In this document: positions 35,961-48,166 of the stretch, in pieces
How positions within the stretch are numbered: the first letter of the stretch is position 1
Layout of the letters: the number at the start of each line of letters is the position of its first letter
Assembly (NCBI RefSeq): GCF_964213995.1
Contig: NC_135810.1
Span: 57,102,001-57,166,000 of the forward strand
Length of the DNA: 64,000 nt
Origin: Mustelus asterias
Taxonomy: Eukaryota
Direction of reading: 5' to 3'
Notes under the pieces: model-generated
Databases searched by the model: none
Told to the model about the DNA's origin: nothing
The model's input: only the letters and a program-made list of their open reading frames with translations
Translations under genes and position numbers: made by a program

Positions 35961-36487
35961 CATAGAAATATAGAAACTAAAAGCAGGAGTAGGCCATTCA
36001 GCCCTTCGAGCCTGCTTCACCATTCATTATGATCATGGCTGATCATCAAATTCAATATTCTGATCCCCCCTTCCCCCCCATATCCCTCGATCCCTTTCGC
36101 CCCAAGAGCTATATTTAATTTCTTCTTGAAATCAAACAACGCTTTGGCCTCAACTACTTCCTGTCGTAGCGAATTCCACACATTCACCACTCTGGGTGAA
36201 AACATTTCTCCTCTCCCCCTTCCCCCCATCGGGAACATTCTTTCTCAATCTACCCTGTCTAATCCTGTTAGAAGTTTCTAAGTTTCTATGAGATTCCCTC
36301 TCACTCTTCTAAACTCCAGAGAATATAATCCTAACTGATTTAGTCTTTCCTCATATGACAGACCTGCCATCCCAGGAATCAGCCTGGTAAACCTTTGCTG
36401 TACTCCCTCTATAGCAAGAGCATCCTTCCTCAGTTGAAAACTGCACACAATACGCCAGGTGTGGCCTCACCAATGCCCTGTACAATT
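35961..36487 (-). mobile_element. CR1 LINE 3' fragment
   Basis: ORF 36017..36238 FSPRVVNVWNSL; 3'UTR shared with 42711-43000. Confidence 0.88.
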
Positions 36488-36664
36488 ACGTCTTTCAATA
36501 ATTTTCTAATTTCTGCTTCATTTATATTACAACATTGCTTGTGAATACAACCCCTCTCCAGAAGTACCACTTCAATATAAACATTGCCATGCTCAATCAG
36601 AGCTACACTTCAGGCATATACTTACTTTGGTATATACAACTAAAAGGAAATAGATAAATCTTAT

Positions 36665-37030
36665 TTAATTAGTACCTCTTCACGAGACAGGATATCCTAA
36701 AGCAGTTCCCAGCAAACAAAATTCTTTGATGGAAAATCAGTCTTTCTATGCAAAGAAGCACAGCAACCAATTAAGTCCACAAGTTCCTACAAAACAGCAA
36801 TGAGACAAATTACCAGATAATCTGCTCTCCTGATGGATAACTATTAGCCTGGACATGGTGAAAGCTCTGCAGTTGTTATTCAAATTGTACCTTCATCTTT
36901 TACATCCATTTGAAAGCTCAGAGTTTGACATCTGATTCAGTCTCTCCAAAGATGCAGCATTCTCTCAATGCCACATGGATGAGTCCAGTTAGCTTCCAAA
37001 TCAAAGAGGGTGATTTTAACCCTGACTGCT
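36665..37030 (-). mobile_element. Old DeuSINE-like element
   Basis: aaacagcaatgag...accagataatctg...atcttttacatcca...gatgcagcattctctca pattern. Confidence 0.5.
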
Positions 37031-37165
37031 GGAAACCTATCTGCCAATGTTATGTTCCCTTTCTGCACTTCCTAATTAACCTGTTTGTCTGAGGAGCTGG
37101 GAAGAGTACCTGCCACAAACCAGCAGAATCCTTCTTTCAGTATGTGCACTGGGTTCTGATGATGT

Positions 37166-37642
37166 TGTTGTGGGAAGTCACCACTCAGAGTCAGATTTGA
37201 AGATTCAACATGCAGTTTATTGGACAAAGCTTTGGGAGAAGCACTGGGCACTTCGCAGTGCTCGCAGTCACCTTCTCAATTTTAAAAATGGCAGCTGAGC
37301 TTCTTTTATACATTTCAAAGATTCGACAAGTAAAGGCATTAGCAGTTATCACATCATTAGCCAATTATGCCCCCCCTAGCAATGACTGACCTCGTTAACA
37401 AAACTTATTGTTTCGGTTCCGCTTTATCTTAAGTTAAGTTGATCATCTGGACCTCAAGGTCTGTTTTTTTCGTCTGTTCCGTAGTAATTAGATAATAACA
37501 GGATTTAGTTCGTTGTGCAATGTCTAGGCCTAAGTCAGCACATTTTAATGTCTTCCCACAGAGTCCATTTTGTACCAGGTAACCATCTTGTATCTTCTAA
37601 TTTCGGGATTCCCTCTGGCAGCGTCTCACTTTTACTCCAACA
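37166..37642 (-). mobile_element. Solo LTR (477 bp)
   Basis: TGTTG...CAACA ends; 4-bp TSD atgt at 37162-37165 and 37643-37646; TATA-like and AATAAA motifs on the minus strand. Confidence 0.8.
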
Positions 37643-38618
37643 ATGTTCTCAGTGCCTACCTCCTATGTAAACTGCTGGCCTGGTTTTTAGATTTCCTGCC
37701 AGTTGAACCAATTGGGAAGGAGACACAAATAGGTAAAATTTTAATTATTCTTTTGGTTTTTACGTAGGGACAGAGGTACAGGAGTTCAGGTCTCTTTACC
37801 CTGTACATCTCGCCCCATTTCCCCACTGTCCATCCTATCCAAAAGCCTTCACAAAACCCCATCTCTGAGACTCTCTTGACCATTCTTTTGGTCCCAAGTG
37901 ATGGCTTCCTTCTTCCAAACATTTAGTTATTGTCCACTGACTAAATGTTACCTTCTGCTGGTTTCAGGGAGACAGCTGATGGGTGTTAAAGTCATCTTGG
38001 TTTCGTGTTTTTGAGGTCATGTCGGTTTACTGTCCGTCCACCTGATTTCCATTTCAAGATAAAATCGGGACATATGTCAGTGGAAGAGGGCCTGAATTCC
38101 TAACCTTTTAACATGGGGAGGAGAGTGCTGTCACTGAGTCAAAGCAGGCATCTTGATGTATTGCTTTGGCTGTAACAGTAGATGCAAGGTTTTTATTTCT
38201 TCTGACTGTAGACTGAGATCGCAGTTCACCCTCACAGCAATGGGTTTATTGCACTGGAGCCTTTTTCTGCTGTTGTTAGATGTGCTTGGAGTATATTCCA
38301 AAGTATGGTCAACATTAGCACACTGCTGAACTGCCTGAATCAAATCAGTCCATTGTGTAAAAGCACTTACAGCTGTTCACAGTTATTGAAAGTAGCCGAA
38401 TAAAAATGTAAACCTTTGACATGCTATTATATCATGATTTAAATTTAACATCTCAGCTTGGCTTACCACAGGCAACACTAACAATCCACTTCAATCACCC
38501 TGTTTTCATAGTTAATGATTGGTATTTATTCATTGTATTCCCAAACAATCTCTATGTCACAAGTTATGTCCAATTATTTTTACATGCAAGATGTAAATTG
38601 AGAACAATTTTTTTTTAG

Positions 38619-38669
38619 CAATTGTAGATCCCCGAATAAGCGATTGCACCCTCGCTTGCTGAGTTTAAG
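38619..38669 (+). CDS. Weak candidate 51-nt internal exon (NCRSPNKRLHPRLLSL)
   Basis: Poly-T acceptor ttttag|c, donor aag|gtgatt, open only in the phase-2 frame compatible with the 27125 exon. Confidence 0.25.
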
Positions 38670-40204
38670 GTGATTGATTTGTTTACCACTTAGACTGGAG
38701 GACATTCCTCCAATGTGCAGCATTGTTTGTGTCTCTCAGAAAGCGCAGAAGGAGTTTGTACTGAGGCTCCAGTGATGACGGTCGGCTGCACAGGAACACC
38801 TGGCCTGTCCTGAACCTATTTAACAAGGACATCTGTCATCGTGGTAATGCCATTCAACAGATGGGGTTCGTCATTTGGACCTTGTTAGTGACTTCTTGTG
38901 TTTCTCATTCCTTGATCCAAAGGATGTTTACAGATAGGTCTTGCTCAGGAAGGAAGCTCAATATGAGTCGCTGAGATGGAGGGAGGTCAGTAAGTTGATT
39001 GAACCTGACATCAGAGAGAGGGAAGTGAGGCTCTGGTTTCATCCAGCCTGTGGGTTTACCTCAATTAGCAATGTGTCAGGAAATGATGTTTTCATGGACA
39101 GGAAGCCTGAGGAGGGGTGTGGAACAGTGTGTTCCAGTTATTGTATGCATTATTGTATTTAATGGCGTGTCCATAATATGTCTGAGCGATGACCTTGCCA
39201 GGCAGAGGCACAGTCTCTGCTGTGAACCTGATCGGGCAAGTGCTGAGGACCAGAGTGTTGTGATAGCAGCAGAACCCTATGTAGATACAGCAAGTTTAGT
39301 TATCAGATTGTTTTGACCTTTGCTGCCGCTTTCTTTTGGATGTTCCCAGAAGGATAGAGTCCCACTTAGTGTCACATCCAAGTGTATTGGGCTGGGATCA
39401 TGTTTTAGTCACTGGCCATTCTTGTAGATGTGCAATTCTTTTTCTGGCACTGGCACTGTGGAGGTGGAATACACACTCCAAGGCTGATGCTCAAAGATCT
39501 TAAAGCACACAGAAATAAGAGAAATAGGTCAATGACTGGCTGTCAATGTGAGATCTTTTCCAGGTTTTGGAATGGTTTTTGCCATACCGTCAGGAGTGAG
39601 TTTGAGCTGATGATTCTTGTATAGAACTAAGTCAGCCAAGTACAAGGACTCAGTTGTTTCAGGAATTCTGGTTCGAGATTGTCCTATCTCATTGTTTGCT
39701 ATACATCAGGCATGACGATCAATATTGATGAAAATATATTAATGAGAGTATTAGTGTTAATGGCTCAGGTCATGAATTTATAATAGCCCAGTGCTATTTA
39801 TTCTTTGGATTATTTGTTTTTCTAACAGTTACTTTTCTCAATGATGCTGTGGCAAATTAGTTAGCAAAGAACAGTTTTAGCAAGGATCCAAAGAGTAACG
39901 AAGCCAGAACAATGTAGAGATTACCTCAAAATGGACCCTGATCTCATTCTCTTAACCACTTTACCTACTTTTCCATAATTAACAGTAAGCATGCCTTTGA
40001 AGGTCTAATAAGAAGACTGATAAAAAACATGAAAGCTAAATGAGGAAAACTTTATACTGGCGATTGCATCATCTAGCAAGACATGACTTCCTGACTCAAG
40101 ATATAAACCGCATGAGTTTAAAATCAGATTTTTAATGAGCGGCAATTGCCTGACAATTTGTGAGGGGGCAGCACATTTGAAATCTTCCAGCTAAGGCACT
40201 AATG

Positions 40205-40622
40205 TACCGAGGAGAGGTGGAATAAACTGGAATTGCTCTCCCTGGAAAGCCAGAGGCTGAGGGTGACCCGATAGAAATTTATAAAATTATGAGGGGCATA
40301 GATAAGATGAATAGTTGGAAGCTTCTTCCCAGGGCACAAATGACAATCACAAGGGGGCACAAGTTCAAGGTAAAGGGGGAAAGATTCAATAGAGATGTAC
40401 GGGAAAGTTTTTTACACAGAGGCTGGTGGGGGCCTGCAATGCACTGCCAAGGGAGGTGATTGAGGCAGATAGTTAGTGACATTTAAGACTTATCTAGATA
40501 GACACATGAACAGGCAGGGTACAGAGGGATACAGGCAGTTGATCTTGGTAGGACAACATGATCGGCACAGGTTTGGTGGACCGAAGGGCCTGTTCCTATG
40601 CTGTATTGTTCTTTGTTCTTTG
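40205..40622 (+). mobile_element. CR1 LINE 3' fragment
   Basis: aggctgaggggtgac...tttttacacagagg; tail ttgttctttgttctttg. Confidence 0.88.
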
Positions 40623-41177
40623 TGATAAAGTATTTTGAGCAGCTCAAAAACAATGTTACAGTGTATTAAGAAAAAGGAAAAAAAGAGTGGATGGTGCAAT
40701 GGGAAAATGCACCACTTGTGTAGAAATGAGCCGCACTGAGAAACTTCTGGTTTCCATTCCTCGTCTATGCACAATAGCTGATTTTAGCCAAAGCGAAAGG
40801 TATGTTTTGAAGTCCTGACAGCCGCTAGAACAAGGAGAGGAAAAGTCAGCCAAGACACCTGCTTTTGATCCCTATTATGATCACCTGTGAAAACATCAGG
40901 TTAGGCAAAGACCAGGATTGGCTTTGATGCTCCCTCACCGCCAACGCTTGCTATCTAGATTTGAGACCGCTTGGGCAATGGCGGCTGTGCCCTGTCAACC
41001 TGTGCTCCAATGCCACTCCCCTGGAAAGAAGGGAAGAAAATTGGAAGTGGGGGAGAGGGAGTGGAGAAGAAAGCAGCAAGTCAAAGGTTAAAGAAAGGTG
41101 AGAAATAATATGTAGTTAATAACTACTGAATGGTAAAAGCGGAGGGAACAAATTGTGCAAGAAATTGATGGAGATAA

Positions 41178-41396
41178 AGGTGATTGAGGCAGATAGTTAG
41201 TGACATTTAAGACTTATCTGGATAGGCACATGAACAGGCAGGGTATAGAGGGATACAGGCGGTTGATCTAGGTAGGACAACGTGATCAACACAGGTTTGG
41301 TGGACCGAAGGGCCTCTTCCTGTGCTGTATTGTTCTTTGTGAAAAATTATTTTGAGCAGCTCAAAAACAATGTTACGGTGTATTAAAAAAAAGGAA
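41178..41396 (+). repeat. Local copy of 40454-40679 (CR1 tail plus ~55 bp unique 3' flank)
   Basis: Colinear sequence; flanked by gatggagataaaggtg at 41167-41182 and 41397-41412. Confidence 0.88.
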
Positions 41397-41408
41397 GATG
41401 GAGATAAA

Positions 41409-41757
41409 GGTGGTACGGTAGCACGGTGGTTAGGACTGCTGCTTCACAGCTCCAGCGACCTGGGTTCGATTCCCGGCTTGGGTCACTGTCTGTGTGGAGT
41501 TTGCACATTCTCCTCGTGTCTGCGTGGGTTTCCTCCGGGTGCTCCGGTTTCCTCCCACAGTCCAAAGATGTGCGGGTTAGGTTGATTGGCCATGCTAAAA
41601 ATTGTCCTTAGTGTCCTGAGATGCGTAGGTTAGAAGGATTTGTGGGTAAATATGTGGGGGTAGGGCCTGGGTAGCATTGTGGTTGGTGCAGACACGATGG
41701 GCCAAATGGCCTCTTTCTGTACTGTAGGGTTTCTATGATTCTATGATTCTATGATTG
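41409..41757 (+). mobile_element. HE1-like V-SINE
   Basis: Close match to the 5871 element; (ttctatga)3 tail. Confidence 0.92.
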
Positions 41758-41939
41758 AAAATTGAATCCTCGGTTCAAGTCATCAATCCATAGCATTGAG
41801 AGTGATTGTGTATGTGCTACAGGCACACACATAATCACTCAAGGAGAATAAGAAAAGTGATTGGCAGAGAAATCAAGGGCCAGAATCAGATAAGGACACA
41901 GTAAAAAATTGTAGGAATGGGATAAGGAACATTAAAAGG

Positions 41940-43000
41940 ACTAGCTTTATGGTTTTGTACCTGTAGTCTCAGCGAATTCAAAATAAAATGGATTAATTAG
42001 TTGTGTAGATGGATGTAAAGGAGTATGATATAGTTGTGATTGCAGAGGCATGGCACCAAGCTGAGCAAGAATGGGAACTCAATGACAATGGTTATTCAGT
42101 GTTTAGGAAGGGCAGACAGAAAGGAAAAGGCGGTGGAGTGGCAAAGTTGATGAAAGAAGATATTGATACAATATTGAGGAAAGACGTTAGCATAGACGAT
42201 GTGGAATCCATATAGGCCGAGTTAAGAAACACTAAGATGCAAAAAACATTCATGAAGGTGGTATATAGACCACCAAACTATAGTGGTAATGTTGGGAATA
42301 GCATTAGACAGGAAATCAGAGATACATGTGATAAAGGGACATCTCTGATTATGGGTGACTTTAATCTGCATATAGATTGGGTGAGTCAAATTAATCACAA
42401 TACAACAGAGGAGGAATTTCTGGAGTGTGTACGGGATGGTTTTCGGGACCAATACATTGAGGAACCAACAAGAGAACAGACCATCTTAGACTGGGTATTC
42501 TGTAGTGAGAAAGGATTCGTCGGCAATCTAGTTGTGAGAGAAGCCTTGGGGATGAGTGACCATAATATGATGGATTTCTTTATCAAAGTGGATAGTGAGT
42601 TAATTGATTCTGAGACCAGGATCCTGAATATCAATAAAAATAGCTATGATGGTATGAGACATGAGTTGACTATGATGTACTGGGAAACATTACTAAAAGA
42701 AAGGACAGTGCGCAGGCAGGTAAACCTTTTAGGACTGAGGTGAAGAGTATTTCTTTCACCCAGAGAGTGGTAAATCTGTGGAATTCACTAGCGCGGAAAG
42801 TAGGTGAGGCCAAAACATTGTCTGATTTTAAGAAGAAATTAGATATAGCTCTTGGGGCTAAAGAGATCAAGGGATATGGGGGGAAGGTGGGATCAGGATA
42901 TTGAATTTGATGATCAGCCATGATTATCATGAATGGCAGAGCAGACTCGAAGGGCCAAATGACCTACTCCTGCTTCCATTTTCTATGTATGCTTCTATGT
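41940..43000 (+). mobile_element. CR1 LINE with APE endonuclease joined directly to the 3' end (RT deleted near 42710)
   Basis: ORFs 42009 and 42237 have KGGGVA, VYRPPN, MGDFN, SDHN; then FTQRVVNLWNSL and 3'UTR. Confidence 0.88.
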
Positions 43001-43643
43001 ATCAAATGGTGAAGCACGTTCAAAGTGTTGAATGGCCTCCTCCTGATCCTAAGTCCTATGTTCCTGTTGAAATCTCTATGATTGCTGCCTGCATTGCACC
43101 TCATATGGCTGGTATTCAGGATTTAAGATTAACTTCCTAGAAATTAGATTGGATGCGGTTTCTCTTTGATGTGTGAAATTTCTCAGCACGTGCTGTAAAA
43201 TTCCATTTCTTGTTTGAGTTGAGGTTGAAATAACCCACATTCCCTAAGATGTGCTTTCTTTTCAGTTTGGCATTCCTCGTGTTGCCTTTCAGATTCTTTT
43301 AATGTGTTCTTGGACATTTTCAGCTGGATATCATCATTTACAGTTATATTTATAATAATGTTCCTTGGTTCTCCTCTTTGCCTGTGCTTTGACCTCTTTG
43401 ATCCAACATTTAGCACTACCCCTGCTCGTCCAATTTCTGGCTGCCTTCCAAAATCTGAATGGGATACTGTGAAGTCTAGGCTCTGGGACAGCAAATGGTC
43501 TTGTTATTTGTTTGGTCTTGTTAATCTTGTTAAGAATGGTATTGCTGATTGCTGGCAATCCTCCTGGCTTTTGGGTACTGGCTGCTCCAAACAGGAACCC
43601 AAGGAGAAATTCCCAGTCCTATTGTTTCTAACCCTCTGGATTC

Positions 43644-43995
43644 TGTTAGGAATCTCGCTGATGTTAAATGCGAGGGGAACCCAAAACCCAAAAGGGTAAC
43701 TTGTGGTGTAACTAAGTGTATTTTCAATTTGGTATACTGATGCAAACCATGGAGCAATAGGCCAATTATTGTGTGAACAATAAATGAAGAATATTTATTA
43801 ACTTTAAAAAACAACAAGAAGGACTATAATACATTACAACACTACTCTACACTGATGGTGACACACACAAAATTACAGAAAATTATCCCTTTGTTCCCAA
43901 CTACCTATCTTTCCTGAACTCTGAGACACCCCTTGTTCCCAAACAACATCCAATATTATCTAATTCTAGGAGCTAAATCCAGCAGATGGTTACCA
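43644..43995 (-). mobile_element. LTR-like fragment
   Basis: TGTTAGGAATC edge and reverse-oriented AATAAA, organised like the LTR edge at 18329. Confidence 0.4.
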
Positions 43996-43996
43996 T

Positions 43997-44138
43997 GAAA
44001 CCAAAAGGGAAAATGCTGGAAAATCTCAGCAGGTCTGGCAGCATCTGTGGAGAGAAAAGAGCGGATATTTCGAGTCCAGATGACCTTTTGTGAAAGCGGT
44101 CATCTGGACTCGAAATGTCAGCTCTTTTCTCTCCTTAT
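43997..44138. mobile_element. Palindromic Penelope-derived short element, interrupted by a Penelope insertion
   Basis: tttcgagtccagatgacc...ggtcatctggactcgaaa inverted arms; same family as 4640. Confidence 0.75.
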
Positions 44139-44431
44139 GGCTGAGCAGAAACTGATAGCCAAGTTCCGCACACACGAGGACGGCCTCAACCGGGATCTTG
44201 GGTTCATGTCACACTATCTGTAACCCCCACGACTTGCCTGGACTTGCAAAATCTCACTAACTGTCCTGGCTGGAGACAATACACATCTCTTTAACATGTG
44301 CTTAACCCTCTCTCCACTCACATTGTCTGTACCTTTAAGACTTGATTACCTGTAAAGACTCACATTCCAACCATTATCTTGTAAATTGAGTTTGTGTCTT
44401 CATATGCCCTGTTTGTGAACACGACTCCCAC

Positions 44432-44468
44432 TCAACTGATGAAGGAGCAGCGCTCTGAAAGCTTGTGG
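44432..44468 (+). ncRNA. Minimal hammerhead ribozyme motif (partly mutated)
   Basis: ctgatga at 44436-44442, ggagc-agc-gctct, gaaa at 44457-44460, gctt|gtgg. Confidence 0.5.
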
Positions 44469-44635
44469 CTTGTGCTACCAAATAAACCTGTTGGACTTTA
44501 ACCTGGTGTAGTGAGACTCCTTACTCTGCTTATAGATGCCATGATGTGGAGATGCCGGTGTTGGACTGGGGTAAACACAGTGAGAGTTTTAACAACACCA
44601 GGTTAAAGTCCAACGGCTTTATTTGGTAGCAAATG

Positions 44636-44672
44636 CCATTAGCTTTCGGAGCGCTGCTCCTTCGTCAGATGG
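44636..44672 (-). ncRNA. Minimal hammerhead ribozyme motif (best-preserved copy)
   Basis: CCAU-CUGACGA-a-GGAGC-agc-GCUCC-GAAAGCUA-AUGG. Confidence 0.72.
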
Positions 44673-45352
44673 AGTGGATATCTGCTCACAAACAAGGCAT
44701 ACAAAGACACAAACTCAAGTTACAGAATACTGATTAGAATGCAAATCTTTACAGCTAATCAAGTCTTAAAGATACAGACAATGTGAGTGGAGAGAGCGTT
44801 AGGCACAGCTTAAAGAAATGTGTATTGTCTCCAGGCAGGACAGCCAGTGAGATTCTGCAGGTCCAGGCAAGCTGTGGGGGTTACCGATAGTGTGACATGA
44901 ACCCAAGATCCCAGTTGAGGCCATCCCCATGCGGAACTTGGCTATCAGTTTCTGCTCAGCAACCCGGTTCAATATCTTTCAGCAACCCGGTTCAATGCAT
45001 CAGGGAATGTCGGAGAAACTACCTGCTTGTTGTGAACTTTACCGACCAGGATATTTGTCCTGAGGGAACACCATTGAACGACGAATCCAATGGGCATTTT
45101 TCCTATTCCCAACATCCAGTCTTCATGTGTCCTTTTTTTAATGACAAAAGAGTTCCCTTGAACCAAACTTGTCCAACAAACTTTCTTTTTTACTAACCTG
45201 AGCAGTATCTTTACCTTTGCCATCTTTCTCAGATTTCTTTTCATTATCAGACTTCCCATCTATCCAATTTCTCTGCAAGTGTCCAAACTGGGGCTTGTTA
45301 TAATGTGAGGTAATTCATAATCATCTGCCAAGACAATGGTTTTCTTTATTTT

Positions 45353-48025
45353 AGAACAGTACAGCACAGAACAGGCCCTTCAGCCCACGATGTTGTGCCG
45401 AGCTTTATCTGAAACCAAGATCAAGCTATCCCACTCCCTATCATCCTGGTGTGCTCCATGTGCCTATCCAATAACCGCTTAAATGTTCCTAAAGTGTCTG
45501 ACTCCACTATCACTGCAGGCAGTCCATTCCACACCCCAACCACTCTCTGAGTAAAGAACCTACCTCGGACATCCTTCCTATATCTCCCACCATGAACCCT
45601 ATAGTTATGCCCCCTAGTTACCGCTCCATTCACCCGAGGAAATAGTCTTTGAACATTCACTCTATCTATCCCCTTCATCATTTTATAAACCTCTATTAAG
45701 TCTCCCCTCAACCGCTCCAGAGAGAACAGCCCTAGCTCCCTCAAACTTTCCTCATAAGACCTACCCTCCAAACCAGGCAACATCCTGGCAAATCTCCTTT
45801 GCACTCTTTCCAGCGCTTCCACATCCTTCTTATAGTGAGGTGACCAGAACTGCACACAATATTCCAAATGTGGTCTCACCAAGGTCCTATACAGTTGCAG
45901 CATAACCCCACGGCTCTTAAACTCCAACCCCCTGTTAATAAAAGCTAACACACTATAGGCCTTCTTCACAGCTCTATCCACTTGAGTGGCAACCTTCAGA
46001 GATCTGTGGATATGGACCCCAAGATCTCTCTGTTCCTCCAGAGTCTTCAGAACCCTACCTTTAACCTTGTAATCCACATTTAAATTTGTCCTACCAAAAT
46101 GAATCACCTCACATTTATCAGGGTTAAACTCCATCTGCCATTTTTCAGCCCAGCTTTGCATCCTATCTATGTCTCTTTGCAGTCTACAACAGCCCTCCAC
46201 CTCATCCACTACTCCACCAATCTTGGTGTCATCAGCAAATTTACTGATCCACCCTTCAGCCCCCTCCTCTAGGTCATTAATAAAAATCACAAATAGCAGA
46301 GGACCAAGCACTGATCCCTGTGGCACTCTGCTAGCAACCTGCCTCCAGTCCGAAAATTATACCATCCACCACCACCCTCTGTCTTCGATCAGACAGCCAG
46401 TTACCTATCCAAATCGGCCAACTTTCCCTTTATCCCACACCTCCTTACTTTCATCATAAGCCGACCATGGGGGACCTTATCAAACGCCTTACTAAAATCC
46501 ATGTATATGACATCAACTGCCCTACCTTTATCAACACACTTAGTTACCTCCTCAAAAAATTCTATTAAATTTGTGAGGCACGACTTGCCCTTCACAAATC
46601 TGTGCTGACTATCCCGGATTAATCCGCATCTTTCTAAATGGTCGTAAATCCCATCCCTAAGGACCTTTTCCATCAACTTACCAATCACCGAAGTAAGACT
46701 AACCGGCCTATAATTACCAGGGTCATTTCTATTCCCTTTCTTAAACAGAGGAACAACATTCGCCACTCTCCAGTCCTCTGGCACCATCCCCGTGGACAGT
46801 GAGGACCCAAAGATCAAAGCCAAAGGCTCTGCAATCTCATCCCTTGCCTCCCAAAGAATCCTAGAATATATTTCATCAGGCCCAGGGGACTTATCGACCT
46901 TCAGTTTATTCAAAACTGCCAGGACATCCTCCCTCCGAACATCTACTTCCTCCAGCCTATTAGCCTGTAACACCTTCTCTTCCTCAAAAATATGGCCCCT
47001 CTCCTTGGTGAACACTGAAGAAAAGTATTCATTCATCACCTCTCCTATCTCTACTGACTCCATACACAAGTTCCCAATACTGTCCTTGACCAGCCCTAAC
47101 CTCACCCTGGTCATTCTTTTATTCCTCACATAAGAGTAAAAAGCCTTGGGGTTTTCCTTGATCCGACCCGCCAAGGACTTCTCATGTCCCCTCCTAGCTC
47201 TCCTCAGCCCCTTTTTCAGCTCATTCCTTGCTAACTTGTAACCCTCAATCGAGCCATCTGAACCTTGTTTCCTCATCCCTACATAAGCTTCCCTCTTCCT
47301 TTTTACAAGACATTCCACCTCTTTTGTGAACCATGGTTCCCTCACTCAGCCATTTCCTCCCTGCCTGACAGGGACATACCTATCAAGGACACACAGTATT
47401 TGTTCCTTGAAAAAGTTCCACTTTTCATTAGTGCCTTTCCCTGACAGTTTCTGTTCCTATCCTATGCCCCCTAATTCTTGCCTAATCGCATCATAATTAC
47501 CTCTCCCCCAATTATAAACCTTGCCCTGCCGTATGGCCCTATCCCTCTCCATTGCAATAACAAAAGATACCGAATTGTGGTCACTATCTCCAAAGTGCTC
47601 TCCCACAACCAAATCTAACACTTGGCCCGGTTCATTTCCCAGTACCAAATCCAATGTGGCCCCACCTCTTGTCGGCCTATTCACATATTGTGTCAGGAAA
47701 CCCTCCTGCACACACTGCACAAAAACTGCCCCATCCGAACTATTCGACCTACAAAGGTTCCAATCAATATTTGGAAAGTTAAAGTCCCCCATGACAACTA
47801 CCCTGTGACCACCACACCTATCCATAATCTGCTTAGCAATTTCTTCCTCCACATCTCTATTACTATTTGGGGGCCTATAGTAAACTCCTAACAACGTGAC
47901 CACTCCTTTCCTATTTCTAACTTCAGCCCATATTACCTCAGTATGCAGATCACCCCCGAAGTGCCTTTCTGCAGCTGTTAAACTATCCTTGATTAACAAT
48001 GCTACTCCTCCATCGCTTTTACCAG
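45353..48025 (-). mobile_element. CR1 LINE with endonuclease and RT, frameshifted
   Basis: ORFs 47457..47999 (YYRPPN, MGDFNFP, GDSDHN), 46401..47345 and 45421..46326 (KFADDTK). Confidence 0.96.
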
Positions 48026-48166
48026 CTTAAGAACTTAAGGTTCTTCCTGATGGGGCCTTATTACAAGGGGATAATATTTTTTAAATTATTAAATCAGAAT
48101 AATTTCCCTAAGATTCTCAAAGTCTTGCACAACCTTCATCGATCCATATCACCCATCAAACACCAT

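Larger units (their letters stand above)
44139..44960. mobile_element. Two tail-to-tail Penelope 3' ends (44139-44530 plus, 44541-44960 minus)
   Basis: AEQKLIAKFRTHEDGLNRDLG GIY-YIG tail; pLTR similar to 15344-16217. Confidence 0.9.

Noticed and set aside
43183-43699. Overlapping 103-131-aa ORFs on both strands in unique-looking DNA
   Set aside because: No recognisable homology and no phase-compatible splice pair with the candidate exon
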